IMG/VR virus record: IMGVR_UViG_3300045988_179014
Coordinates: 280,890 to 344,889 of that record
DNA length: 64,000 nucleotides
Origin: a virus
Direction: 5' to 3' (one strand)
In this document: in pieces, positions 20,526 through 30,907 of the stretch
Position numbering within the stretch: position 1 is the first letter of the stretch
Layout of the letters: each line of letters opens with the position of its first letter
Notes under the pieces: model-generated
Seen by the model: the letters and a program-made list of their open reading frames with translations, nothing else
What the model was told of the DNA's origin: nothing
Databases searched by the model: none
Program-made: the position numbers and the translations under genes

Positions 20526-21443
20526 TTATGCTCCATGTTCTTTCAAAAACTTCATCGGGTCTTGGGAATGGTAAACATCTCCTGGTGTTGTTCCTTTCGG
20601 ATACCATTCAAAATGCAAGTGTGGACCAAAACTACGACCGGTATTACCAACAACTCCAAGTCTTTGTCCAGCTACCACTTTATCTCCTGGTTTGACTTCT
20701 ACATTGTTCAAATGGGCGTAAAGGAAAGCGTCCCCGTTTGCGATACGTAGAACCACATTGTTTCCAGCCCATCCGGAACTGATGGATGATTCAATAACAC
20801 CATCTGAAACTGCTTGAATTGGTGTTCCAAGTGGCGCTACCAAATCCTGCCCTGTATGATATGACGCCCAGTTGCCTCTAGCACCCCATTGAGCCCCTAA
20901 ACGATATGAACCAGCAGCTAAAGGGAACACTACTCGTGAAACGCTTTCAGAGGTTGTTGCTGCGGGTTCATGTCCCTGTGTAAATGTTTCAGCACGTTTC
21001 TGAGCTTCCTCGGTTTTACGTGCTTCTTCTGCTTTCTCTTCAGCTATGCGCTCATTTTCCCGTTTCTGGGCCAACTCTTCGTCCACTTTACGACGTTCCA
21101 GCATGTCTTGTTGTGCACGTTCGATAGAAGCCTGTACAGACAGCTCTTTTTCGCGTTGAGCTACTTGTTGTTTCAATGTTTCTGCTTCCACATCAAAAGA
21201 CTTATCATGTTTCTGCATCCATGATTGTTGTACTTGTTGTTGACCCGTGACTGAAGACTGCAAAGCTTCTTCACTGAGGTACGGTTTCGTCGTCCCCTTG
21301 ATTATGGATGTATCTGGAGACAAAGCATTTGCTGGGTAGGAAGGCATGGAAGCTGAACTCATGAACAACGGCAAAGCCCCAAGAAGAACATACCGTAACG
21401 TTTTGGGCATCTTTTTACGATTACTATTACTGTCAATACTCAT
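20526..21443 (-). CDS. Secreted M23 family metallopeptidase with coiled-coil N-region
   Basis: It has a signal peptide MPKTLRYVLLGALPLFMSSASMPSYPANA, a long E/K/Q-rich coiled coil, and an M23 signature GNTGRSFGPHLHFEW. Confidence 0.8.
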   Translation of the reverse strand: MSIDSNSNRKKMPKTLRYVLLGALPLFMSSASMPSYPANALSPDTSIIKGTTKPYLSEEALQSSVTGQQQVQQSWMQKHDKSFDVEAETLKQQVAQREKELSVQASIERAQQDMLERRKVDEELAQKRENERIAEEKAEEARKTEEAQKRAETFTQGHEPAATTSESVSRVVFPLAAGSYRLGAQWGARGNWASYHTGQDLVAPLGTPIQAVSDGVIESSISSGWAGNNVVLRIANGDAFLYAHLNNVEVKPGDKVVAGQRLGVVGNTGRSFGPHLHFEWYPKGTTPGDVYHSQDPMKFLKEHGA

Positions 21444-21519
21444 TTAAACAATTCTTTCAATCAACTCACAAAAAATGTGGAGTCATGTTGATACGGCATG
21501 ACTCCACACTGAGACGGTG

Positions 21520-22287
21520 CTAGCGATGAGCTATTACCAACGTTGTATCATCAACCACTTTCTCTTTATCATCCATATAATCTAGAAATGCTTGCACATC
21601 CATGCCATCATCTTCCAATGCTCTCTTCACAACAGGATTCCAAAACCCGGGGGAGGGAGCATTTTCAGCTATGGACACATTTTCCAACCCATCAGATGAC
21701 AATGAAATGGCAACAATAGGTTCATCACCTGAATAATACAATGGTTGGTAATTGTTGTTTCTACTTGTCAACAATGTGGTCAGATTCGCAAATTCGCCTA
21801 TTTTATCTGGTCGAATCAGAGTATGATGATTGTTTGCATATGACACAACCGCAAATGCGTCCCCAACCACTGCTACTGCCCATGTGTCACCACTGATAGC
21901 GGCAAGAGCAATCGTGCAACCTATTTCTTCATGGTCATCTCGGTCCAACAAGGCATGACGAGCGGCTTCCAAACCTTTTTGTACTGCACCCATTGTATCT
22001 ATGCCGTCATTGAGTGCATCCATGGTTTCTGCTACTGATGTGGATGCAGCGATAGAGGCTCCGATATCTGACAATCGCAAGCTCCCAGCACCATCAGCTA
22101 CCGCAACAACTGTATGTCCATTTTCCTGCAAACTGGCATATGCATCTTGGTTGTTTTTATTGTTTACTTTGTTATGGGGACCTGTTACAGTACCAGCATT
22201 GACAGTTACATTCAAGGAAGTCTCCCCTCTGTCGAGTACATCATGGGAGAAAATATCACTCCGAATATGAAAACCAGTCCAAATCAC
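21520..22287 (-). CDS. PP2C-family Ser/Thr phosphatase
   Basis: It has NQDA, VAVADGAGS, SGD, SSDGL and DDTTLV blocks in PP2C order. The start overlaps the last array gene by 32 nt. Confidence 0.65.
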   Translation of the reverse strand: MIWTGFHIRSDIFSHDVLDRGETSLNVTVNAGTVTGPHNKVNNKNNQDAYASLQENGHTVVAVADGAGSLRLSDIGASIAASTSVAETMDALNDGIDTMGAVQKGLEAARHALLDRDDHEEIGCTIALAAISGDTWAVAVVGDAFAVVSYANNHHTLIRPDKIGEFANLTTLLTSRNNNYQPLYYSGDEPIVAISLSSDGLENVSIAENAPSPGFWNPVVKRALEDDGMDVQAFLDYMDDKEKVVDDTTLVIAHR

Positions 22288-23401
22288 TAAGCTCCAATTT
22301 CAAAGATAATGGTAATTCTGGATTGGTTTCAGATAAGGAAACAATGTCTTCTTGCAGTTTGAGAGACTTGCACAATACTTGAACAACTAATTGTGGCGCT
22401 CCCTGAATATTGTTTTCTTCCAAATCTGACATGTGTTGCAACAAATCCTCAAAATCACTACTACCTAACTTGAGATAAAGGTAAACGAACGGACTAAGAG
22501 GGTTGTATCTACCATAGAAGACGGGAAGAGCCAATTGAGTTCTAGCTGTTATGGTATTGAAGTCATTGGTTTCTTCATATGTCATGGCACCTGATAAATA
22601 CGTCGGGTGAGGTTTTGGTGCACGATACTCATAGAAACCCATCATACAAGCTTTTTCACTGAAGTCGATAAGGAAATTTTGCCGTACTCGCGCTAAATGG
22701 AGTTTGGTATAGCGGTTATCCCATATATACCAGTTTGACTCCATTATTGCTTTGACTTGTTCCAGAGAATATGACAACATTTCTCGTTGTTCTTCAGGAG
22801 ACAAATACAAGAACATGGGAACAATTACACCCAGATAAATTTTTAAATCTGGATATGCTTTTGTCAGTAAGTATAAATTTTCAAGTGAGTACGGATTAGC
22901 TCGGTGTTGACAGGACTGGTTGTTGAAATATGGCATGTACCCGTCAAAATCAATTTGGGCTATGAATGGGTTTCTTAAATTATAGCGACTCTGCTGATGT
23001 CGCAAAAATGACCATTCAGTCAGGTGCTCTGATACATAGAAACCATGTTGCCATAGAATCAAAAGTTGCACCAGATGCCTTAACCGTTCTCGTTGATGTG
23101 GATAGTCGCAAATCAACGCCAAGACTCGCGAATCCTCATCATCAAGACGTAACTGTGGGTCATGAAAATGAGGGTTGAAATCTTCAGTAATTGGGCTCGT
23201 ATCTGGATTTTCTAGCAATGCAAAATCTTCACTCAACGTATTCAATTGTTGAAAGGACAAAGCGTCTTTGCTTATTATCAAACCACGAGTTGACATATCT
23301 GGAGTAAAATCACATACTTGACCATCTAAGGTAACAATGATTTCTTCAGAAGACAACGCCAACAATTGCTCTTGTGTTATAGGTTTGATTGAATGACTCA
23401 T
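22256..23401 (-). CDS. Tandem paralog family member 1 (381 aa), uncharacterised family
   Basis: It shares all family blocks: VTLDGQVCDF, LALICDYP, NPYSLENLYLL, LSPEEQREM, AMTYEETNDF, YLYLKLGSSDFEDLL and ELPLSLKLELSDLDW. An SD GAGGAAAAG precedes the ATG. Confidence 0.8.
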   Translation of the reverse strand: MSHSIKPITQEQLLALSSEEIIVTLDGQVCDFTPDMSTRGLIISKDALSFQQLNTLSEDFALLENPDTSPITEDFNPHFHDPQLRLDDEDSRVLALICDYPHQRERLRHLVQLLILWQHGFYVSEHLTEWSFLRHQQSRYNLRNPFIAQIDFDGYMPYFNNQSCQHRANPYSLENLYLLTKAYPDLKIYLGVIVPMFLYLSPEEQREMLSYSLEQVKAIMESNWYIWDNRYTKLHLARVRQNFLIDFSEKACMMGFYEYRAPKPHPTYLSGAMTYEETNDFNTITARTQLALPVFYGRYNPLSPFVYLYLKLGSSDFEDLLQHMSDLEENNIQGAPQLVVQVLCKSLKLQEDIVSLSETNPELPLSLKLELSDLDWFSYSE

Positions 23402-23466
23402 GTACTTTTCCTCTATTTAGACCAATCTTTACTGGGTTTCTTCCGAATAATGGTTTTACTCGGTTG

Positions 23467-24639
23467 TCATTTCTTGTAGGAGAACCAATCCAAGTCGCTT
23501 AGTTCCAGTTTCAATGACATTGGCAACTCAGGGTTTTCCTGTGATATGTCAACAATCAATTCTTGCAGTTCAAAAGAATCCAACAGTGTACTAATTACAG
23601 ATTCTTTCGTCCCAGAAACCTCATCCTGCTGATTTAACTCATACACGTATCGTATAAAAGCTTCAAAATCAGCACTACCCAATTTAAGGTACAGGTAAAT
23701 GAACAGTTCTGGTACTCCACGTTTGCTGGTGAGATACTCAATTGGAAACATCAACGGGAACCGAGATACAATTGAATTGAAATCATTGGCCTCATCAGGT
23801 GTCATTGAACCAGAGTTTTCGGTTTTGACTGATGATGCCCTATATGAGTCTATGAATGAGAAACAAGCTAAGCTACCAGTAGAAATAGGGTACTTGTTCC
23901 GTATTCGTTCCAGATGCAGTTGAACGTAGCGTTCATCATCCAGGTACCAATACGATGTTGCCAATATTTCCATTTGTGCTGGGGTGTAGGACATGATTTC
24001 TTCTTGCTCTTCTTGTGGTAAACACATGAAAAACTGTTCTAGTGTTTTAGGGTGGAAGAAGACATCAGGATACATGTTTCTCATCCTGTACAAGTTTTCC
24101 AAGAAGTAAGGATTGGCACGATGCTCGCAAGCTAATTCATGGAAACGGGTTATCAAGTTTGCATTAAACATGCGGACCATGGCGAAAGGGGCGAAACCTA
24201 AAACACGACTCTGGTATTTAGCCAACGAATGTTCCGTGACTGCTTCTGATACATAAACACCATGTTGCCAATGAACCATAAGTTGAAGTAAGCGCTCTAA
24301 CCGTTCTATCTCAAGTGGATGGCAACAAACTAACTTCAACACCCGTACCTGTTCATCATCAAGACATAGTTGTGGTGTATGAAAATGCTGAAAACTGTTA
24401 GCGGGCTTTTTCAACTTTGACATACTTTGAACAGTTGTCAGGTCGGAACTCAATTTTACCAGTTGTTGAACTGACAAACCATTATTGGGTATTACCAAAC
24501 CTTGAGTACTCGTGTCAATACTGGAATCAAAATCCAATATTTGGCCTTCTAGCGTAACCATGATGTATTCACTAGTTTCTGATAACCCCAAGGAATTCTG
24601 TTCCTCACAAACGCACATGATAGCATTCTTCCAACACAA
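23467..24639 (-). CDS. Tandem paralog family member 2 (390 aa)
   Basis: It shares the family blocks VTLEGQILDFDS, LVCCHP, NPYFLENLY, LPQEEQEEIMSYT, YLYLKLGSADFEAF and ELPMSLKLELSDLDWFSY. Confidence 0.8.
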   Translation of the reverse strand: MCWKNAIMCVCEEQNSLGLSETSEYIMVTLEGQILDFDSSIDTSTQGLVIPNNGLSVQQLVKLSSDLTTVQSMSKLKKPANSFQHFHTPQLCLDDEQVRVLKLVCCHPLEIERLERLLQLMVHWQHGVYVSEAVTEHSLAKYQSRVLGFAPFAMVRMFNANLITRFHELACEHRANPYFLENLYRMRNMYPDVFFHPKTLEQFFMCLPQEEQEEIMSYTPAQMEILATSYWYLDDERYVQLHLERIRNKYPISTGSLACFSFIDSYRASSVKTENSGSMTPDEANDFNSIVSRFPLMFPIEYLTSKRGVPELFIYLYLKLGSADFEAFIRYVYELNQQDEVSGTKESVISTLLDSFELQELIVDISQENPELPMSLKLELSDLDWFSYKK

Positions 24640-24660
24640 ATCCAGTTTTCAAAACAACCC

Positions 24661-25815
24661 TTAATAGGATTGCACTCGTCTCAAATAGTCACCCAAATCA
24701 AACAACTCCAATTTCAGAGATAGTGGCAGTTCTGCGTCATGGTTGGATATAGCAATAATCTCATCCTGCAATTCGAGAGAATCAGCTATAATATTTAGTG
24801 TATGCCCCTTTCTCTCGAAGAATGTTGCCATATCCTGTTTTTGCATATACTGCAACAAGTCCTCGAAGGCACTACTACCCAACTTGAGGTAAAGATACAT
24901 CAGCAGGTGTACGATATGTTCGTACAAGAAATCATCGTATTCCAAGTTTTCTATGATTCTTTGAAAATCTTTTGCCTCCTCAATGGTCATCGCATAGGAT
25001 GTACGTATTCTTCTATGCGGCATTGAGGTCTCAAACGTGAATAGAATCAGTGGTAGATTCTTTCTCACGCGTTCCAAATGCAATTGCAGATATCGTGTGT
25101 TATCAGCGCACCAATCCGAATCCATCATTGCCCGCACCTGATTCTCGGTATGAGAATGAACTAGCTCTTCCTGCTCCTCTTTTGAAAGATGCATAAACAC
25201 ATCCACCATATTGCGAGGAGGGAATCTGATATCAGGATACTTTTCCACCAATGAATACAAATTCTTCAATGAATGTGGGTCAGGAGAATGACTGTCAATC
25301 CATATATTGAACCAACACAAAAACCCATATCCGCAATCAGCCCTATCTATTTTCACCATGAACGGACTGACTTGATAGGAGTCATAGTGTTCATGAAAAC
25401 TTGCCAACGATTTGTTCAGCATCTTCTTAGACACATGTATGCCATGCTGCCTAAGGATAATAAACTGTTCCAAATGAGGCAATCGTTCTTTTTGAGGGGA
25501 ATGGTCACAAATCAATCTCAGGACTTTTGCATCTTTCCCCTCAAAATGCAACAATGGCGCGTGAAAGTGAAGCGCCTCCAGATACGATGATTCCCTAGCC
25601 CGAGCAATACGCTTTCTTATCCATTTGATGTCTTTGCTCAGTTTTTCTATCCTTTTTGATGAGAACATATTGCATGGAACTACTAATCCCACATCCTTTA
25701 CATGTGCTGACTCGAATTTACAAACATCTCCATCCAAAGTAATGAGGACTTTTTGAGAATTGGACTTTTCCATCATGACAGCACTCCTCTTGGGCGTCCT
25801 TTCTATGCGTTCCAA
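24661..25815 (-). CDS. Tandem paralog family member 3 (384 aa)
   Basis: It shares the family blocks ITLDGDVCKFES, LICDHSPQKER, LSKEEQEELVHSHT, YLYLKLGSSAFEDLLQY and ELPLSLKLELFDLGDY. Confidence 0.8.
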   Translation of the reverse strand: MERIERTPKRSAVMMEKSNSQKVLITLDGDVCKFESAHVKDVGLVVPCNMFSSKRIEKLSKDIKWIRKRIARARESSYLEALHFHAPLLHFEGKDAKVLRLICDHSPQKERLPHLEQFIILRQHGIHVSKKMLNKSLASFHEHYDSYQVSPFMVKIDRADCGYGFLCWFNIWIDSHSPDPHSLKNLYSLVEKYPDIRFPPRNMVDVFMHLSKEEQEELVHSHTENQVRAMMDSDWCADNTRYLQLHLERVRKNLPLILFTFETSMPHRRIRTSYAMTIEEAKDFQRIIENLEYDDFLYEHIVHLLMYLYLKLGSSAFEDLLQYMQKQDMATFFERKGHTLNIIADSLELQDEIIAISNHDAELPLSLKLELFDLGDYLRRVQSY

Positions 25816-26125
25816 TACAAATTTATTGGGGTTCTATACATAGAGAATACCAGCCAAGACCATTAAGTTCAAGCTTCAGTAGCATAAACACTGTAGAGCC
25901 AACCTTGATGCTGTACCAATCTTGTCCTGTAATTTTGGTTTTTTACAGGACACGCAGAAACGCTAATTTCGGATGTCCAAATTTTAGCACTTTGAGTGAA
26001 ATTCGATGATGAGCATTTTTCTCCATACGCTCTCGAACTGATTTTCCTGTTTTTAAGGACTTTAATCAGTTTTGTCTTATTATCCTTGACGGGAAAACCA
26101 TGCAGAAACACTAATCCTGAAACTT

Positions 26126-27379
26126 CTATAGATAGTAATTTTGAATCAAAATCCTATCCTGTCTGCTATATCGACCACTCATTAACCAGTTGTCATATGC
26201 TTTTTCTCCATATGCTTGAACGAGTCTTTCATTCTCAGTTTTCACATATGAATACCAATCCAAATCACTAAGTTCGAGTTTCAGCGACATGGGCAATGCG
26301 GAGTCAAGTTTTGATGCTGCAATAATTGCTTCCTGCAATTCAACCGAATGATACAAAATATGAACCATAGGGCTCTTGTCGTGTCTATCATTTCTATCAT
26401 TGTTTTGCATATATCTCAACAATTCCTCAAAATCGTTACCCCCGAGTCTGAGGTATAGATAAACAAGCAATCTTATGAATACTACTTGAGAAGCTACTTC
26501 ATAACAATGGGGAACAACAAATCCGAGTCGAGCTATAATGTCTTCAAACTCATTCATTTCGTCAAGATTTAGTGCACATATGCGCATTGGTTCATCACCA
26601 CAACATACTGGTACTTTAAGCGTCATGTCATAAGCATCAATGCCTTTCCTTATACGCGAGAAATGAATCTTTCGATAACGCGCATCAGAGAAATACCAAT
26701 CCCCTTGAAAAACAGTTGTTCTAAGACCTAAAGAACCCCCAAATACTGGGTACACTTCTTGATTCTTTTGAAACAAACAGAGAAGCGCTGGTAGTACCCA
26801 AATACCATGACCAAACATGCCTCTTCTGCGCTTCTTGGCAAACTCTTCCAGTAGCTCCAACACATGAGCATTAACAGGATGGTCACACACCCAGTCATTG
26901 AAGTCTGGTTTTTTAACCCACTCATCATAACTGATTTCAAACATTACGAATGGAATATTTTCTTTAATAACATTATCCAGTACTGAGAGTAGAACTGAAT
27001 CGCGCCAGGTTGACAATGACTGCTTCGCCAGACGTTCAGAAACATAAATATTATGTTGTCGAAACACTATGAATTGTTTCAAATGGGATAATCGTGCTTG
27101 TGAATCTGGCCAATCCAGAATCGCTCTCAGCACTTTTAAGTCTTCCCCTTCAAGACTTAACTGCGGTTTGTGAAAATGGGATTCGTCTTTAGAAGCAAAA
27201 GAATTTCCCAATTCGGCCATATCAGCAGCTAACACCTTCAGTTGTTTATTTGATAACCCTCTACGGGGTATCAACAACCCATATGTTTCATTTGCTGATT
27301 GCGCCCATCTATGTATTTTGCCATCTAATGAAACTAAGATGGGAGAAACAAACTTTCCTAAAAGGTGCTTAAACAACAC
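26126..27379 (-). CDS. Tandem paralog family member 4 (417 aa) with C-terminal extension
   Basis: It has the family blocks plus a roughly 35-aa extra tail after LSDLDWYSYV. The 310-bp spacer downstream contains degenerate copies of this tail. Confidence 0.75.
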   Translation of the reverse strand: MLFKHLLGKFVSPILVSLDGKIHRWAQSANETYGLLIPRRGLSNKQLKVLAADMAELGNSFASKDESHFHKPQLSLEGEDLKVLRAILDWPDSQARLSHLKQFIVFRQHNIYVSERLAKQSLSTWRDSVLLSVLDNVIKENIPFVMFEISYDEWVKKPDFNDWVCDHPVNAHVLELLEEFAKKRRRGMFGHGIWVLPALLCLFQKNQEVYPVFGGSLGLRTTVFQGDWYFSDARYRKIHFSRIRKGIDAYDMTLKVPVCCGDEPMRICALNLDEMNEFEDIIARLGFVVPHCYEVASQVVFIRLLVYLYLRLGGNDFEELLRYMQNNDRNDRHDKSPMVHILYHSVELQEAIIAASKLDSALPMSLKLELSDLDWYSYVKTENERLVQAYGEKAYDNWLMSGRYSRQDRILIQNYYL

Positions 27380-27455
27380 AAAGCTCCCCTATTTTATAGA
27401 CTAAATTGATAATCACAATTCTAGTCTCAGGGGAGCCACGTGTCAATTCTGGCTA

Positions 27456-28511
27456 TCAAAACACCAGCTGTACCAACTCTTCATTGGGGTCTTCCTCAGC
27501 CAACTGCTGAAGAAGCTTTTCAAACTTTTTGCTACCGAGTCTGAGGTAGCAATACAAAAACCTTGTAACAAAAACCTTACTGAGATAATAATATTTATTT
27601 GGAATTCTGAAACTGGTGCAGTCCAGAATTTCCTGAAGTTCAGCTGCCTCCTCTGCGGTCAGGACATGATTTGGCAGAAGAGTACAATCATCTTCCTTCT
27701 TGTACCATGCCCTTAGAACATTTTTCTTGATGGGAAGATTCTCTTCCTGCACTCGTTTTCTGTGAAGCTCCCGGTACTCAGGATTCGCGAAGTCCCAATC
27801 AGCTTCCAGAGTACGCTTGATATGGGATGGCTCCCAGAGACGAAGCTGCTGCTGTTGCTCATCTGTCAGCCCCACGAACCATTTAAAAGTAGTGAATTGA
27901 ATCTCTTGTACTTCTGGGGTTTTTTCAAGAAGAGCCCATAGATTCTCTAGGACATGTGGATTCACCTCATGAGAATCCAGGCAAAGTGACGTTATAGACC
28001 GTTTCGGAGGATTTTTAACATATGGCGCAAATGGTACGTTTTGACTCATTGTTTTCATATCCCAATACCTTGACATAGCGGCCAAGGATATTTTCGTCAG
28101 TTCGGTTGGCACATACACCCCGTTCTGCCGAAAAATCAAGAAGTCAATCAGGTGCGCTACGCGTACATATTTATGCGGTTGGTCACAAATCAGTTTCAAT
28201 GTTTCCAGGTCATCATCCTGGATATGTAGAGGATTGTTGAAATGACATCTTGATTCCAAAGGTTCCAAGGAATTTCTGTGATGGTTGCCCAAATCAGTTC
28301 TAAGAGTATTCAATTGGTCCTCAGTCAGAGCACCTTTGGACAACACAATACCAACCACTTTGGTCTTTTTACCAAGGTGAACAGTGCCATCTAGGCCAAC
28401 CGTAATGAAGTGAGTACCCCCACAAGCCGTAATGAACTTCTCAAACTGTCGTACAATGGCTTCCATTTCCGCGTTTCCCTTTCTGCGATTCGTATGAGAA
28501 CAGACTATCAC
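27456..28511 (-). CDS. Tandem paralog family member 5 (351 aa), divergent, lacks C-terminal LPLSL motif
   Basis: It has LKLICDQPHK, NPHVLENLWALL and FLYCYLRLGSKKFEKLLQQL. It ends early at EELVQLVF. It shares a 4-nt ATGA overlap with member 6. Confidence 0.7.
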   Translation of the reverse strand: MIVCSHTNRRKGNAEMEAIVRQFEKFITACGGTHFITVGLDGTVHLGKKTKVVGIVLSKGALTEDQLNTLRTDLGNHHRNSLEPLESRCHFNNPLHIQDDDLETLKLICDQPHKYVRVAHLIDFLIFRQNGVYVPTELTKISLAAMSRYWDMKTMSQNVPFAPYVKNPPKRSITSLCLDSHEVNPHVLENLWALLEKTPEVQEIQFTTFKWFVGLTDEQQQQLRLWEPSHIKRTLEADWDFANPEYRELHRKRVQEENLPIKKNVLRAWYKKEDDCTLLPNHVLTAEEAAELQEILDCTSFRIPNKYYYLSKVFVTRFLYCYLRLGSKKFEKLLQQLAEEDPNEELVQLVF

Positions 28512-29674
28512 ATGTGTGAAGACCTGTCAAAACCGCTGAGTTGGAATCTCAAGGAGAAAGGTAGTGCGGAGTCCAGCTTTGAGACTGCAATAATCGTTTT
28601 CTGTGCTTCAACAGCCCCATACAGTGCATTTGACAGAAGCTTCCAGTCTTCCTCGTTTTGTTGGCAATCACGTAAATATTGCAGAAACTCTTCAAAATCT
28701 TTACTACCAATTTTGAGGTACAGATAGATGAAAGATTTGAAGCTTCGATATCGCGAAAATGAATTGTCATATAGAGGGCCAAGTTCTGAACGTTCTATAA
28801 TTGCTTGAAAATCATTCGCTTCATTCTGTGTCATGGCACAAACAGACCATGTATCATCATATCGCCCTGATTTCACATTGAAGGAAAACTTTACAATTGG
28901 AAGGTTTTGTTTCAATCGGTCTAGGTGAAATGTCTTGTATTGTTCATCCCATATGTACCAATCTGATGCCATTAGTGCTCTAACATATTCTGAAGTGCAA
29001 GAACACAATGCTTTTTGTTCTTCTGATGACAAACACATAAAAACTCGCAACATGGGTTCATAACTAATTTTGACATCAGGGTGGCTTTTGGTCAACAAAT
29101 ACAGGTTTTCCAATGTATATGGATTACATGGGTGTTCGCATATCCAATTGTTGAAGTCTTGTGACAATTCCAGGCCATAACGAAAACTGTTGGTAATTTG
29201 AACCATGAATGGAACAGCGTTATATGTGCCATTGTTCCAATATATGTGCAAATCGGATAATGATTGTTTAGCAACCCATTCGGGGATATGAACACCATGT
29301 TGCAGAAGGGTCAGAAATTGACTCAGGTGTGCTTCCCTCTCCCCTTGTAATGGATGGTCACAAATCATTTTCAGTACGTCCACATTTTCACTGTCAAGAT
29401 GTAATTGAGATGTATGAAAATGCAATAATGACATCAACATGCTAGAACCAAATCCTGTTTCCAGCCGAGCAATGTCCTGTCTCAATGTTGTTAACTGCTG
29501 TGGGGACAAAACACCTTTGGGGAACACTACGCCTTGGACTGAAGACACCTTTGAATCCAAATCATACACTTGACCGTTTAGTGTGACTACGATTTTCTCA
29601 GTAGATTCACTGGTGTTTTCAACAGATTTGAAATACTCTTGCTGTGGTTTACTGCGTGAATGATGACTATGCAT
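28508..29674 (-). CDS. Tandem paralog family member 6 (388 aa)
   Basis: It has the family blocks VTLNGQVYDLDS, MICDHPLQGER, NPYTLENLYLL and YLYLKIGSKDFEEFLQYL. Its C-terminal variant is LPFSLRFQLSGFDRS. Confidence 0.8.
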   Translation of the reverse strand: MHSHHSRSKPQQEYFKSVENTSESTEKIVVTLNGQVYDLDSKVSSVQGVVFPKGVLSPQQLTTLRQDIARLETGFGSSMLMSLLHFHTSQLHLDSENVDVLKMICDHPLQGEREAHLSQFLTLLQHGVHIPEWVAKQSLSDLHIYWNNGTYNAVPFMVQITNSFRYGLELSQDFNNWICEHPCNPYTLENLYLLTKSHPDVKISYEPMLRVFMCLSSEEQKALCSCTSEYVRALMASDWYIWDEQYKTFHLDRLKQNLPIVKFSFNVKSGRYDDTWSVCAMTQNEANDFQAIIERSELGPLYDNSFSRYRSFKSFIYLYLKIGSKDFEEFLQYLRDCQQNEEDWKLLSNALYGAVEAQKTIIAVSKLDSALPFSLRFQLSGFDRSSHM

Positions 29675-29714
29675 TTTCCAGTTTCATTGATGTGAGTGTG
29701 TTTTCAGATTTCAC

Positions 29715-30863
29715 TCATATGGAGAACATGTCGTCTCTTGATGCATTCCAATCAAATCCGTTAAATTCCAGTTTTAGGGACAATGGCAAGGTGGCATCAA
29801 GTTTTGAAGCATCCACAATAGCTTTCTGGAGTACCAAAGATTTTTCCAGCTTGTATATGGTGTCTTCTTGCAGCATTGAGCCTCTCTTTTGTTGATGATG
29901 TTGCAAATATTGCAATAGTTCAATGAAATCTTTGTTACCCAATTCAAGATATAAATAAGCTAGTAGACCCAGAATCGCAGCTGGTGACATATAAACATCA
30001 TCGAAAATAGCAAACTTTGTTTCATCCAGAATTGCCTGAAAATCTTCTGCTTCAGCCTGTGTCATAACACGAGCATTCACTACAACTTTTCTATCTGCTG
30101 CCATACGTATCGTAAATGGAAACTCAATTATTGGATGATTTCTCTTCACACGTTCCAGGTGAAGTTTACGAAGCAATATATTACGTTTGTACCAGTTGTA
30201 ATCCATTAGAGCTTTAATTTGGTTCGAGGTATAGGAACGAACCATTTCTTCTTGTTCTTCGTCAGACAATGTCATGATGACGTTTTCAATAACATCGCAC
30301 TCAATTCCTATGTCTGGATGTTTCTGATTCAGAAGATACAAATTTTCCAGCAAATACCGATTTACTGGAGTATCCAAATCCAATAAGTAATTCAAATCCT
30401 CTGGAAAATGGTCTGCTGAAGAACCACTACCAAGTTTAACCATGAAGGGCCTAGCATGATATAAGCCATTGCTCAAACATGCATGCAAATCAGACAACGA
30501 TTTTTTGGTAACCCATTCAGAAACATAAATATTCCCCTGCTTGAAAAGCATAAATTGCCTCAAATGGGCTTTTCTTTCACGTTGGTACGGATGGTCACAA
30601 ATCAGCCTTAGAGACTTGATGTCTTCGTCATCAAAATATAATTGCGATACGCTAGGGAACCAGCCTTCATACGCTAAATCCCAAGTTGGTTCAATGTCTT
30701 GACTCAATCGTGCTAATTGTGTTTTGGACAATGCGTTCTTTCTCATGACTAGACCTGGGAGAGTGGGTTCTGAATCAAACTCTTTTATTTCGCCGTCCAA
30801 TGCAATGACAATATAGATTGAATCAGAACATTGCGCTGTAGTTTCCAATTGGTTATCATTCAT
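29715..30863 (-). CDS. Tandem paralog family member 7 (382 aa)
   Basis: It has the family blocks IALDGEIKEFDS, LICDHPYQRERKAHL, YLYLELGNKDFIELLQYL and LPLSLKLEFNGFDWN. Confidence 0.8.
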   Translation of the reverse strand: MNDNQLETTAQCSDSIYIVIALDGEIKEFDSEPTLPGLVMRKNALSKTQLARLSQDIEPTWDLAYEGWFPSVSQLYFDDEDIKSLRLICDHPYQRERKAHLRQFMLFKQGNIYVSEWVTKKSLSDLHACLSNGLYHARPFMVKLGSGSSADHFPEDLNYLLDLDTPVNRYLLENLYLLNQKHPDIGIECDVIENVIMTLSDEEQEEMVRSYTSNQIKALMDYNWYKRNILLRKLHLERVKRNHPIIEFPFTIRMAADRKVVVNARVMTQAEAEDFQAILDETKFAIFDDVYMSPAAILGLLAYLYLELGNKDFIELLQYLQHHQQKRGSMLQEDTIYKLEKSLVLQKAIVDASKLDATLPLSLKLEFNGFDWNASRDDMFSI

Positions 30864-30907
30864 AATATTTGTGCATCCTGATTGATGTAATTATTTAACA
30901 GTTAAAC

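Noticed and set aside
25869-26111. The 80-aa ORF in the long spacer after array member 4.
   Set aside because: It has no SD site. It overlaps degenerate duplicated remnants of the neighbouring gene's 3-prime end and is on the same strand as the array but out of register, so it is treated as spurious.
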